DNA of 64,000 bases from Campylobacterota bacterium (GTDB lineage: Bacteria; Campylobacterota; Campylobacteria; Campylobacterales; Sulfurimonadaceae): positions 294 through 64,293 of the forward strand of contig JBDLJE010000003.1 in NCBI GenBank assembly GCA_039714575.1, given 5' to 3'. Under the pieces are notes generated by a model. It made no database searches. It was not told the origin of the DNA and saw only the letters and a program-made list of their open reading frames with translations. Below are positions 36,593 through 47,500 of the stretch, in pieces (positions within the stretch are counted from its first letter, which is position 1; each line of letters starts with the position of its first letter). The position numbers and the translations under genes are program-made.

Positions 36593-37549
36593 ATGACTGA
36601 CAAGATCTCTTTTGACAAACCGCTTTATGTATTGGCACCGCTTGCGGGCTTTACGGACCTGCCGTTTCGCAGTGTTGTAAAGAAGTTTGGTGCTGATCTT
36701 ACGGTGAGTGAGATGGTCAGCTCAAATGCCTTGGCGCATGGTTCGCAAAAGACTTTTAAGATGCTGGAGAAGTCTCTGCTTGAAGATCCTTACTCTGTAC
36801 AGATCTCGGCTTCTGACCCGGAGATCGCAAGACGTGCGATCGAGGTACTCAACGAGCAAGAGGGCATAGATGTGATAGATCTCAACTGCGGTTGTCCTGT
36901 TCCCAAGGTATTCGGTCACGGCTCGGGTTCTGCGCTGCTTGATGACCTGCCGCGGCTGACAGAGATATTGCGTACTATCAAAGCCACTTCCAACAAGTCA
37001 ATGACAACAGCAAAGATCCGTCTGGGTGTCACCGAAAAAAATCATATTCAAATAGCCCAAGAGATAGAGGCGACCGGTGTTGACTTTATAGCCGTCCATG
37101 GACGTACCAGAGCAGGGAAGTTCAAAGCACCTGTCGATTACGACGCCATTGCCGAGATCAAAGAGGCTGTCTCTATTCCGGTCATTGCCAATGGCGACAT
37201 CGACAGTTTTGAGAAAGCGCAGTGGGTGCTTGAGCATACCAAAGCCGACGGAGTGATGATAGGCCGCGGTGCTGTCGGTGCGCCTTGGATCTTCCATCAG
37301 TTAAAGACAGGCTCTTCTGATATCTCTTTATCCCTCAAACATGAGATCATTATGGAACACTATGACAAGATGGTTGATTTTTACGGTCCGCACGGTGTAG
37401 CGATGTTCAGAAAACATACGCATACGTATTCTAAAGGGTATGAAGGGGCTTCCGTTATGCGAGACAAGGTCAACCACATCAGTGATGTACTTGAATACCG
37501 TAAAGTGTTAGATGACTTTTTTGGTACTGCTGCGGTCGCCAACAGGTAG
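36593..37549 (+). CDS. dus: tRNA-dihydrouridine synthase
   Basis: Motifs are LAPLAGFTDLPFR, the catalytic-Cys motif DLNCGCP, HGRT and VIANGDI. Confidence 0.9.
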   Translation: MTDKISFDKPLYVLAPLAGFTDLPFRSVVKKFGADLTVSEMVSSNALAHGSQKTFKMLEKSLLEDPYSVQISASDPEIARRAIEVLNEQEGIDVIDLNCGCPVPKVFGHGSGSALLDDLPRLTEILRTIKATSNKSMTTAKIRLGVTEKNHIQIAQEIEATGVDFIAVHGRTRAGKFKAPVDYDAIAEIKEAVSIPVIANGDIDSFEKAQWVLEHTKADGVMIGRGAVGAPWIFHQLKTGSSDISLSLKHEIIMEHYDKMVDFYGPHGVAMFRKHTHTYSKGYEGASVMRDKVNHISDVLEYRKVLDDFFGTAAVANR

Positions 37550-37666
37550 ACTATAAGAGGTAGAAAATCCTCGATCCAAAAAAATAGGTATCAAATTTTT
37601 CTGTTAATTGTTAGTTGTTGTTTTTAGCATACAATGAAGCATACAAGCAATTAAAAGGAGAAAACA

Positions 37667-37819
37667 ATGAGGCACTTTTACTTAAACAGAGAAAAAATAA
37701 CAGCCGCTTTTTCAGCGCACCAAATTACGGAAAAAGAGAAAGAAGAGTTGTTGGTAAAGATCCGTACTTTTGAAAAGGTTAATAAAATCACCCATAGTAA
37801 GACTGCTAAAGCAAGTTAA
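37667..37819 (+). CDS. Small hypothetical protein (50 aa), below the ORF-track cutoff
   Basis: An ATG lies 7 nt after a strong SD (aaaaggag). The product is MRHFYLNREKITAAFSAHQITEKEKEELLVKIRTFEKVNKITHSKTAKAS. It sits in an otherwise empty 409-nt gap. Confidence 0.4.
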   Translation: MRHFYLNREKITAAFSAHQITEKEKEELLVKIRTFEKVNKITHSKTAKAS

Positions 37820-37958
37820 GGGTACCTGCCTATACTGTTCATTGTGGAGGTTGTCTACAATCTACTAACTTATTTCAGAAAAACAATAAACTTGCCCAAT
37901 ATCAATTTGAGTGAATAATCTGTAAGTTATAATCACAAAAATTTATGATGGATTATTA

Positions 37959-39128
37959 ATGTTCACACCTGAAAAACCTCAAAACTACTTTTTCTCTCAA
38001 GTCCACCAGCCTTTTTTCTTCTCCGGCATAGTCTTTGCTGTTGTTGTGATGCTGATGTTTATGCTCTCTTATAAGGGGATCTTGCCGATGCAGGTCGACA
38101 GTGGCAGTTTCCACAGTTACTCGCTTATCTACATTGTCTTTACACAGTTCTTCACAGGCTTTATCTTTACGACATTCCCCCGCTTTTGTCAGTCAGAAGC
38201 GATAGAGAAAAGCTACTATCTGCGGACATGGGCGCTGCATCAGTTAGGTGCAGTGCTCTTTCTTGCAGGTGCTGTTTTGTCGGTTGAACTGCTCTATATC
38301 GGTATCTCTGTCTTGCTGGTCGCTAACACTGTCATCGTTTATAAACTCGGACAGATCTACGTTAATGCTCCTGAAGCCATGCGACATGATCCAAAATGGA
38401 TACTGGTCGGTTTCTCTATGGGTCTTTTCGCCCATCTCCTTTACTTCCTGGTCTTTGCATGGGTTGATAACAGTGCTGTAGCGATTGCCGTCAACCTCTA
38501 TCTTATCTATGTTACGTTTGCGGTTGGACAGCGTATGGTGCCATTTTTCAGCCACAGCTTCGCCGACAAAAACGAGCGGTTTGCACCGACTGTCTTTGCA
38601 GGGTTTGTATTAAAGACTATTGCGGTCAATTTTGGATTGGACATTATGGAGATCACTGTTGATATCGCCTTAGGACTTTACATTGCATTAGAAGTCAGAC
38701 GTTGGGCACTGCCATGGCAAGGATCTCCTGCCATCTTGAAGATACTTCATGTCTCACTCTATTGGCTAATAGCTTCACTTCTGTTCGGTGGGCTTATTCG
38801 TCTGGTAGAAACAGTCACAGAGATGAATTTCATGCAGATGGATGTTCATATGTTGGCCTTGGGCTTTGTGACAACGATGTTGATAGGTTTTGGAACACGT
38901 GTCACTTTAGGCCACTCTGGGCAGCCGCCTCATGCCGATGCCACAACGTTGAAGGTGTTCTATCTTTTACAGGTCGTAGTCGTTGGACGTGTTCTGTTCT
39001 CTTTGATAATGGGGTTTGACGCAGGACTGTTCTGGATGTTCGATCTTTCGATCACACTTTGGCTGCTGCTGTTTATCTTTTGGGGAGTCCGGTTTGGACC
39101 GGTCTTGGCCGTAGGCAAAAAAATATAA
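37959..39128 (+). CDS. NnrS-like polytopic membrane protein
   Basis: It is 389 aa with about 12 TM helices and conserved His residues in the helices. Its size and N-terminal HQPFFFSGIVFAV fit the NnrS family. Confidence 0.5.
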   Translation: MFTPEKPQNYFFSQVHQPFFFSGIVFAVVVMLMFMLSYKGILPMQVDSGSFHSYSLIYIVFTQFFTGFIFTTFPRFCQSEAIEKSYYLRTWALHQLGAVLFLAGAVLSVELLYIGISVLLVANTVIVYKLGQIYVNAPEAMRHDPKWILVGFSMGLFAHLLYFLVFAWVDNSAVAIAVNLYLIYVTFAVGQRMVPFFSHSFADKNERFAPTVFAGFVLKTIAVNFGLDIMEITVDIALGLYIALEVRRWALPWQGSPAILKILHVSLYWLIASLLFGGLIRLVETVTEMNFMQMDVHMLALGFVTTMLIGFGTRVTLGHSGQPPHADATTLKVFYLLQVVVVGRVLFSLIMGFDAGLFWMFDLSITLWLLLFIFWGVRFGPVLAVGKKI

Positions 39129-39147
39129 GAGCTAAGAGGCGGTTATA

Positions 39148-39483
39148 TTAATCGCAGGCGGGGATGTTACCGCTGTCGCTTGCGAACTCGACAAGAAAAT
39201 CTTTAAGGTGTCTGGCTTTTTTAGGATAGTATTTGCCCTCGAAATACTCCATGGAGTCCTTAGCCGTTTTTGTTGAGCGGTGAACGGTAGCAAGTGCTGC
39301 ACCTTTGTTGTCCAGCAAGTCTGTCCACTCGTCCTGGGTCTTGGAGGTAGAGAGTTCATCTCCCATACTATGGCAAGGACGACAATCCGCTTTATAGTAC
39401 TTCCGCCCTTTATAAACAGCAGCATCCAGTGCTGATCCAAGCAGTATAGTTACCCCTAAAAACAGATATATTTGTTTACGCAT
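39148..39483 (-). CDS. Periplasmic monohaem cytochrome c
   Basis: It has a signal peptide (MRKQIYLFLGVTILLGSA) and a single CRPCH haem-binding motif. Confidence 0.75.
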   Translation of the reverse strand: MRKQIYLFLGVTILLGSALDAAVYKGRKYYKADCRPCHSMGDELSTSKTQDEWTDLLDNKGAALATVHRSTKTAKDSMEYFEGKYYPKKARHLKDFLVEFASDSGNIPACD

Positions 39484-39648
39484 GTCTAGCCTTTTTAAAA
39501 ATAATTATTAACAAAATATCAAGATTTGTTATAGATGGAGGTATCATAACATGAAAAAAAGGTAATGCCAGTGAATTAAGGTAATTTCTTTAAAGCAGTG
39601 ATAATCGTGTGATGTAATATCATCTGCTTTATTCATCAGGGAGAAGAA

Positions 39649-39672
39649 AGAGTCTCTAATAGGTTAGACTCT
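39649..39672 (-). terminator. Hairpin terminator downstream of the GGDEF gene
   Basis: The stem agagtct/agactct is 7 bp with a 10-nt loop. It sits immediately after the stop at 39675 and is followed on the minus strand by ttcttct. Confidence 0.45.
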
Positions 39673-39674
39673 GT

Positions 39675-40823
39675 CTATTCATGCTGCAGTGTACTATGAC
39701 ACCGGTTCTTGCCGTTTCCTTTTGCTATGTAGAGGTTTTTGTCCGCATCTCTGTAAAGGTCTTCGACTGTGTAATCCAGGCTGGGATGGACGGTAGTAAT
39801 ACCGATACTTGTCGTGATCGAGTCAGAGACTGATGAGTATTGATGTTCGATCTTCAGCTCCTCAACTATTTTGCAGATAGACTCTATATGCTGATGCGTT
39901 GCATGGGGGTCGTCTGAGAGTGTAATACCGGCAAATTCATCACCGCCAAGTCTAAAAACAAAGTCATCATCACGCTGTATCTGGTGTTTAACGACACCGG
40001 CCACCTCTGCCAACGCTTTATCTCCTGCCTGGTGGCCATAGTTATCGTTATATGGTTTAAAATAGTCTACATCGATGATGAAAAAAGTGACATAGAGATG
40101 CTTGCGCTTTGCAATAGAGAGCAGTTTCGGTGCCAGTTCATTGAAGTGTCTTCGGTTGTAAAGTGTCGTGAGTTCATCTGTAACGGAAAGCTCTTTGAGC
40201 TGTCTCATATGTTCCTTCTCGCTTGCTCTGACCTCGCAGAGTTTATCATCGGACTTCTCAAGTGCAAACTCATTCACGTACATAATATAGGTCAAGATGA
40301 CCGAGGAGAAAAAGAGACGCAGAAAGTCAGTGTTCTGCCACTGTCCATCGGCCCAAACACCTATTGCATTGTAGGCCATGTAGTAGATAAAGAGATAAAA
40401 GAGAATTGAAAAATAGAGCCCGACACGTCTGCCATTGACCAAAATAGCAAAGATCGGTAGAAAGATCGTCCATATCATTCCAAAGTGGTCACCGCCGTTG
40501 GTATAGATAAAGAGTAAAAAAAACAGTGCAAGGTTTGCTGTGGCTATCTTGGCGGCTATATTGATGTTTTTATAGATACGAAGGTAAATAAGGGTGAAAA
40601 AAGAGACAGAGGCCGCCGTGGCGTCAAGTGCCGCGACGATGTAGTGCTGAACAAAGAAATTATAAAAAGTAAAAAATACAAATGTAAATACCGTCAACAG
40701 CAAAATGGCATTAACTAGGATAACTCTTCTGTAAGCGTTGTTATCATTAAATTCCATATCCGAAGTAACTATTTTGTGCCATATATCTTTAAACATACTC
40801 AATTCTATCATAGAGGTGTCCAT
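39675..40823 (-). CDS. Membrane-bound diguanylate cyclase (GGDEF)
   Basis: About 6 N-terminal TM helices are followed by DELTTLYNRRHF, RLGGDEFAGI and ADKNLYIAKGNGKNR. Confidence 0.9.
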   Translation of the reverse strand: MDTSMIELSMFKDIWHKIVTSDMEFNDNNAYRRVILVNAILLLTVFTFVFFTFYNFFVQHYIVAALDATAASVSFFTLIYLRIYKNINIAAKIATANLALFFLLFIYTNGGDHFGMIWTIFLPIFAILVNGRRVGLYFSILFYLFIYYMAYNAIGVWADGQWQNTDFLRLFFSSVILTYIMYVNEFALEKSDDKLCEVRASEKEHMRQLKELSVTDELTTLYNRRHFNELAPKLLSIAKRKHLYVTFFIIDVDYFKPYNDNYGHQAGDKALAEVAGVVKHQIQRDDDFVFRLGGDEFAGITLSDDPHATHQHIESICKIVEELKIEHQYSSVSDSITTSIGITTVHPSLDYTVEDLYRDADKNLYIAKGNGKNRCHSTLQHE

Positions 40824-40973
40824 AAAAGTTTAAATTTTTGGATTAAGTAGGTTGACCCCGTTTAGAAGTCTTGATCAGCTTTTTCCTTAAGTCTGTAAAG
40901 TGTATGCCAAACACTACCCCCCTTCAAAGCCACTATCGGGTATAATCGCGCGCAAATAGACGTAAGGGCGGGA

Positions 40974-41723
40974 ATGCTGGAGATCATCGAACTTCTTTTT
41001 CTTGGTGCCGCAGTGGGAACACTGTCGGGCTTTTTCGGTATCGGCGGGGGCACTATTTTAGTGCCTGCACTGCTTATGATGGGGTATGACATGAAAGTGG
41101 CTATCGGCATCTCCATCATCCAGATGGTCTTTAGTTCTATTTATGGCTCGTATTTGAACCTTAAAAAAGGGACACTTGACATTAAAATGGTCGGCACGAT
41201 CGGTGCGGGCGGTTTTGTCGGTGCGCTTCTCAGCCCCTATATCATTCAGACGCTTTCAGCGACGACCTTAGAGTGGATCTTCCTCTCTTTTGTTCTTTTC
41301 GCGCTGACTAGAATGTTCATTAAGACAAAAGAGCATGCAAACGGACGCAGCGTTCACCCGGTTATCCTCTTTGTGATCGGTGTTGTACTGGGCGCCTTCG
41401 CCATCTCTATCGGTGTCGGCGGCTCTATCTTACTGGTTCCGATACTGGTCGGCTTTTTACATGTTCCGCTGAAAAACGCGGTCTCTGCAGGGCTCTTTTT
41501 TGTCGTCTTCTCTTCACTCTCAGGTGTTATCGGGTTAAGCTATACAGGTAGCATTGATTATGAGAGCGGTATTATCATCGGGTTTGCTTCCCTTGTCGGT
41601 GTTGCCGGAGGAGTCTGGTTGAAACACAGAGCTAAAGATGCTCATCACAAACTGGCATTGATACTTTTTTATGTCGGTGTCGCACTATATTTACTTTACA
41701 GATTGGTAGGTCAAAATGGATAA
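40974..41723 (+). CDS. TauE/SafE family sulfite/anion exporter
   Basis: It has 7-8 TM helices with duplicated G-rich motifs (FFGIGGGTILVPALL and ISIGVGGSILLVPIL). Confidence 0.8.
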   Translation: MLEIIELLFLGAAVGTLSGFFGIGGGTILVPALLMMGYDMKVAIGISIIQMVFSSIYGSYLNLKKGTLDIKMVGTIGAGGFVGALLSPYIIQTLSATTLEWIFLSFVLFALTRMFIKTKEHANGRSVHPVILFVIGVVLGAFAISIGVGGSILLVPILVGFLHVPLKNAVSAGLFFVVFSSLSGVIGLSYTGSIDYESGIIIGFASLVGVAGGVWLKHRAKDAHHKLALILFYVGVALYLLYRLVGQNG

Positions 41724-44538
41724 GATCAAGATCACAGGCGCGCGTGAAAACAACTTAAAAAATATCTCGTTAGAGGTTCCGAAAAACAAGCTGGTCGTCT
41801 GCACCGGCCTGAGCGGCAGCGGCAAGTCAACACTGGCATTCGGCACGTTGTATGCCGAGGGACAGCGCCGTTACCTTGAGAGTCTTTCAAGCTATGCACG
41901 CCAGTTCCTTGACCGTATCGGTCAGCCCGATGTCGACAAGATCGAAGGGTTGACGCCTGCTATCGCGATCGACCAGAAGACCACCTCTAAAAACCCGCGT
42001 TCAACCGTAGGAACGATTACCGAGATATACGACTATCTACGTCTTCTTTATGCGCGCATCGGGGTACAGCACTGCCACCAGTGCGGCAAAGAGATCTCTC
42101 AGATGTCGGCGTCCGACATCATCGATCAGGTTAAAAAACTCCCTGTGGGTGCGAAGATCGTTATCTTGGCACCGCTGATCCGCGAGAAGAAGGGGACTTT
42201 TCATGATCTTTTTGAGTCACTGCGTCACAAAGGGTATGTCCGCGCGATGATCAATGGGGTGATGACCCGTCTGGATGAAGAGATCGAACTCTCCAAGACC
42301 AAAAAACACACCATCAAAGTGGTGATCGACCGTATCGTCATTAAAGAGGACAACCAGGAGCGTATTGCCCAGGATGTCGAGAAGGCGCTCAAAGAGAGTT
42401 ACGGCGAGGTCGAGTTGGAGTTTCTCAACAATGAGGAGATGGGCTATAGAGAGCGTATTATCCACTACTCGGAGCACAACGCCTGTTTTGATTGTAAGCT
42501 CAGCTTTGAGCCGCTTGAGCCGCTGACATTCTCGTTTAACTCGCCGAAGGGCGCCTGTCCGGAGTGTGACGGTCTGGGTCTGCGTTACGCCCTTGACCAG
42601 GAGAAGATCGTTGATGCTGACCTGCCTATCGAGAAGGGTGGGGTGAAGATCATCTACGGTTTCAACAAAGGCTACTACTTCACTTTTCTGAAAGGGATGT
42701 GTGCCCACAACAAGATCGACATCACCGTACCGTTCGGCGAGCTGGAAGAGCATGAGAAAAAAGCTATCCTTCACGGCGGTATTGATGAGATCGAGTTTGA
42801 GTGGAAGAGCCACCCTATCAAACGTGTGTGGCCGGGTATTATCCGTATCGCTTACGATATGTTCAAAGATGAGAAAGAGCTGCAGGACTACATGAGCGAG
42901 AAGACCTGCAGTGTCTGTAACGGGAACCGTCTGCGCCGTGAATCACTGGCGGTCGATGTCGCCGGTAAAAAGATCTTTGAGGTCATTGAACTGCCTATCG
43001 AGAAGAGTTACAAATGGTTTGAAGAGGAGAAGAACTTTGACTTTTTGAGTGACCAGGACCAGATGATCGCGATGCCGATCCTCAATGAGATCCGTGAACG
43101 TCTCTACTTTTTATATGACGTAGGTCTGGGCTACATCACTCTTGATCGTGACGCACGCTCTATCAGCGGAGGAGAGGCGCAGCGTATTCGTATCGCTTCG
43201 CAGATCGGTTCGGGTCTGACAGGGGTGATGTATGTTCTTGACGAGCCGAGTATCGGTCTGCATGAACGCGACACACTGAAGCTCATTAGAACGCTTCGTT
43301 CTCTTCAAGAGAAGGGCAACTCCGTCATCGTCGTTGAACACGATAAAGAGACCATAGACAATGCCGACTACATCATCGACATCGGCCCGGGTGCCGGTAA
43401 GTTAGGCGGCGAAGTCGTCTTTGCCGGAACACGCAAACAGCTTGAAAAAGCGAAGACTATTACAGCTGATTACCTCTCCGGCCGCAAGATGATCGAGTAC
43501 TTTCACCGACGTCCGCAAGAGAACTGGCTTGAGATCAAAAATGTAAATGTAAACAACATTGTAGACCTGTCAACACGTCTTCCTCTGCAGAACTTTGTCT
43601 GTGTAACGGGTGTCAGCGGCAGCGGTAAAAGTTCACTTATCTTGCAGACGCTTCTGCCGACGGCACGTGAGCTTCTTAACCATGCCCGTAAGGTCAACAA
43701 GGTGGCAGGTGTTGAGATCAACGGTCTCGAGCAGCTGGACAAGGTCATTTATCTTGACCAGAGCCCGATTGGCCGTACACCGCGTTCCAACCCGGCAACC
43801 TACACGGGTGTCATGGATGAGATCCGTAACCTCTTTGCCAAGACAAAAGAGTCGAACATTCGCGGGTACACTACGTCACGCTATAGCTTTAATGTCAAAG
43901 GCGGGCGTTGTGAGAAGTGTCAAGGCGAGGGTGAGATCAAGATCGAGATGCACTTCCTGCCGGACGTTCAGGTCAAGTGTGATGCCTGTCATGGAACGCG
44001 TTATAATGCCCAGACTTTGGAGATCCTGTACAAAGGCAAAAGCATCTCTGATGTCTTGGCCATGAGCGTTGAAGAGGCCTTTGCCTTCTTCGAACCGATC
44101 CCCAAGATCCATATCAAACTCAAGACACTTGTTGATGTCGGACTGGGTTATATCTCACTGGGACAAAATGCCGTTACGCTCTCAGGTGGTGAAGCGCAGC
44201 GTATTAAACTCGGAAAAGAGCTCAGCCGAAAAGATACGGGTAGAACACTCTACATTCTGGACGAGCCGACAACAGGACTGCACTTTGCCGATGTTGACCG
44301 TCTGACAGATGTGTTGCATCACTTTGTCGAACTTGGTAACTCTGTTTTGGTCATCGAACACAACCTTGACATGATCAAAAATGCCGACTATGTCATCGAC
44401 ATGGGTCCAGAGGGCGGTTCAGGCGGTGGTGACATCATCGATGAAGGTTCTCCGGAGTCGATGGCTGTGACTTACAAAAAGAGCGGCTCATATACAGGTG
44501 AGTATCTTGCAAAAGAGTTGGCTCTGCACAAAAAATAG
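41716..44538 (+). CDS. uvrA: Excinuclease ABC subunit A
   Basis: It is 940 aa with two Walker A motifs (GLSGSGKST, GVSGSGKSS), zinc modules (CHQCG, CPECDG, CEKCQGEG) and LSGGEAQR twice. Confidence 0.97.
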   Translation: MDKIKITGARENNLKNISLEVPKNKLVVCTGLSGSGKSTLAFGTLYAEGQRRYLESLSSYARQFLDRIGQPDVDKIEGLTPAIAIDQKTTSKNPRSTVGTITEIYDYLRLLYARIGVQHCHQCGKEISQMSASDIIDQVKKLPVGAKIVILAPLIREKKGTFHDLFESLRHKGYVRAMINGVMTRLDEEIELSKTKKHTIKVVIDRIVIKEDNQERIAQDVEKALKESYGEVELEFLNNEEMGYRERIIHYSEHNACFDCKLSFEPLEPLTFSFNSPKGACPECDGLGLRYALDQEKIVDADLPIEKGGVKIIYGFNKGYYFTFLKGMCAHNKIDITVPFGELEEHEKKAILHGGIDEIEFEWKSHPIKRVWPGIIRIAYDMFKDEKELQDYMSEKTCSVCNGNRLRRESLAVDVAGKKIFEVIELPIEKSYKWFEEEKNFDFLSDQDQMIAMPILNEIRERLYFLYDVGLGYITLDRDARSISGGEAQRIRIASQIGSGLTGVMYVLDEPSIGLHERDTLKLIRTLRSLQEKGNSVIVVEHDKETIDNADYIIDIGPGAGKLGGEVVFAGTRKQLEKAKTITADYLSGRKMIEYFHRRPQENWLEIKNVNVNNIVDLSTRLPLQNFVCVTGVSGSGKSSLILQTLLPTARELLNHARKVNKVAGVEINGLEQLDKVIYLDQSPIGRTPRSNPATYTGVMDEIRNLFAKTKESNIRGYTTSRYSFNVKGGRCEKCQGEGEIKIEMHFLPDVQVKCDACHGTRYNAQTLEILYKGKSISDVLAMSVEEAFAFFEPIPKIHIKLKTLVDVGLGYISLGQNAVTLSGGEAQRIKLGKELSRKDTGRTLYILDEPTTGLHFADVDRLTDVLHHFVELGNSVLVIEHNLDMIKNADYVIDMGPEGGSGGGDIIDEGSPESMAVTYKKSGSYTGEYLAKELALHKK

Positions 44539-44552
44539 GTAAAGGTTGGTTC

Positions 44553-47500
44553 TTGATCTCATTTGCTATCTCTGATGTTGTCCGTATTGCCGCACAGAGT
44601 GATTTTAATGAGGGGATGGACTATTACCGCCAATCACGAAGCATTGTTAAATCTTTCGAGACGGTCGCTGAAGGGCACATGGTCGTTACCGCCTTTACCA
44701 AAGGCAGTGCCAACTATGTCCAGTCCATCAGTGTCAGGGTAGACGGTAACAGCGTGAGTCTAAGCGGACGCTGTTCGTGTGAGAGTGCCCAAGACTGTAA
44801 ACACGTAGTCTCTGCTGCACTGACCTTTATAGACCAAAACAGCACAGCGCCAAGCAGAACAACAGAGAAAAAAAGTGACGCCCAAAAGTGGCTGGAACGT
44901 TTGGAAAAGTCACTTACGCCCGAAGCCGTTAAAAAATCCATTCTTATCTACCGCATCAGCCCCTCGCCGACCAAAGGCAAGCTGCAGCTGGTCTTCTACC
45001 GAGCCCGTCTGCTCAAAGAGGGCGGTTACGGCAAGCAGAAGCGTATTGAGTTCCATCAACTGCGTTCAAGCTTTATGCAGCGTGACTTTCTGACGGACAG
45101 TGACAGAGACATCCTGGAGCTGTTCGGTGCTTTAGAGTCCAAAGTGGAACGCAATGCACACATAGAGGGTGAACTTGGCGGTCTGCTTTTGGAGAAGATG
45201 GTACGAAGCGGCAACTGTTACTGGCACGGCAACCGCAACCGTGCTCTGCAGTGGGGTGAGACACTCTCAGCATCCTTGCTCTACAAAGAGGAGGGCAAAG
45301 GTCAGTTTCGTCTCTCTTTCGATTTGAACAAGCACTGTGAACCTCTTGTCACAACACCTTTCTCTTATGTCGATACCAAAAACCATGTAGTCGGTCATCT
45401 GAGAGTAGACGGTATTGAACCGCAACAGCTCGGTCTGTTGTTGCAGGCACCGCTTTTGACACAAGAGGAGTTAGAGACATTTTCTATCAAAGCTATTCAG
45501 ACCCTGCCTTCATTGCCTCTGCCTGACACCTTGGATGTGAAAGAGTTGAAAGTAGAACCAAAAGCCAAAATAAAACTGTTTGCAGCGGATGCTCAACACC
45601 AACTGAAACTTGGTTTTCTTTATGACGAATATGAGTTGAACGGCTGCAGTTCTCAGAAGAGTAAAATAGTCAAAGAGGATGATGAGTATCTGAAGATCAT
45701 TCGTGATATTGGCTTTGAAAAAAGTGCTAAAGAGCAGCTGGAGTCGGCAGGATTTTTGGCTGACGGATCATGCACTTTCAGAGCGGATGGAGACAGTGAT
45801 AACACCATAGATACCTGGCGGCGATTTATACAGGTTCACCTTCCTGTTTTAGAAGAGAACGGCTATGAGGTCGAGGTCGAAAAAAGCTTCCTTTTTCGCT
45901 TTGAAAAGGGCGGTGAGATCACCCTGAATGTTGAGCAGAAAAAGAGCTGGTTTGATGTAGGGATGGAGGTCGATTTTGAAGGTTCCAAACTCAACATCCT
46001 GTCTCTTGTCAGTTCACTGCTGGAACAGAACGTTGACATTGAAAACCTGCCTGAAACGATCTCTATTGAGGTCGAAGAGAACCATTTCATCACATTAGAC
46101 TCTGTACAGTTCAGACCTATACTCAAGACTTTGGTGGCACTCTACAAAGGGGAGCGGGTAGAGCAGCTGCATATTGATCAATATGCAGCGCATCTGCTCC
46201 CTAAAGCAGGGAATTCTGTAAAAATATCTGGAAGTGGACAAAAAGCGATAAAAAGGCTTAGAAAAGAGCTTGAAAGCTTTGAGGGCATCGAAAAACTGGA
46301 GCAGGCACAAGGTCTGAAAGCAACACTTCGCGGGTACCAGCAAGAGGGGCTGAACTGGCTCGGCTTTTTAGAGCGTTTCGGTTTTGGCGGTATTCTGGCA
46401 GATGATATGGGGCTGGGAAAGACTTTGCAGTCCCTTGCCTTTTTACAGCGTCTCAAAGAGCAAGAGAAGTTGACTCTTCCAGTGCTGATCGTAGCACCGA
46501 CTTCACTGCTTGGAAACTGGAGAAACGAGGCGAAAAAATTCACGCCTGATCTGAGTTTGGAGATCCATCACGGACTCAAACGAAACAAGAAAATACATCT
46601 CGGTTTTCAGAGCGATATTGTCATCACGACCTACGCACTTTTAAGTCGTGATCTTGCTCTTTTTGAGAAGATGAACTTCAGCTATTTTATTCTCGATGAG
46701 GCGCAAAATATCAAGAACCAAAAATCCAAAGTCCACAGTGCCGCTAAAAAGATAAATGCGCGAAACTCGGTTGCACTGACAGGTACCCCGATGGAGAACC
46801 ATCTAGGTGAATTGTGGGCGATCTTCGATGTGGTGATGCCGAACTTTTTAGGGGACTATAAGACTTTTAAGACCTTCTATCAGACACCGATAGAACAAGA
46901 ACACTCACAAGAGCGTCAAGAGAGTCTGCGTGACAAACTGGCGCCGTTTATGCTGCGCCGTACCAAAGAGAAGGTGGCGACAGAACTGCCGCCTAAGACT
47001 ATTATGACCCGTTCAGTCGCTTTCGAGGGCGACCAGGCGAAGCTCTATGAAGGTATCCGCATATCGATGGAGAAGAAGGTGCGCGAGGTCATTGCCGAGA
47101 AGGGTCTGGGTCGAAGCCACATCACGATCCTGGATGCTTTGTTAAAACTGCGTCAGGTCTGCTGTGATCCGCGTCTGGTACCGCTGGCAGAGGCACAGAA
47201 GGTCAAACACTCTGCCAAGCTTGAGATGTTGCTGGAACTGGTAGAGGAGCTTTTGGAAGAGGGCAGACGTATCCTCATCTTCTCGCAGTTCACCTCCATG
47301 CTCTCTATCATCGAAGAGCAGCTTATGCAGAGAGAGGTCTCTCTTACCAAATTGACAGGCAGCACCCAAAACCGAGAGAAGGTCATCGACAAGTTCACAA
47401 GCGGCGAAGCCTCGGTATTTCTCATCTCCCTAAAAGCCGGAGGCGTAGGTCTAAACCTCACCCAAGCCGACACCGTCATCCACTACGACCCATGGTGGAA

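Noticed and set aside
43610-44065. A 151-aa alternate-frame ORF, and similar ORFs inside uvrA, gltB and SNF2
   Set aside because: They are embedded in strongly supported conserved genes. Their Arg/Ser-rich translations are typical of off-frame reading.
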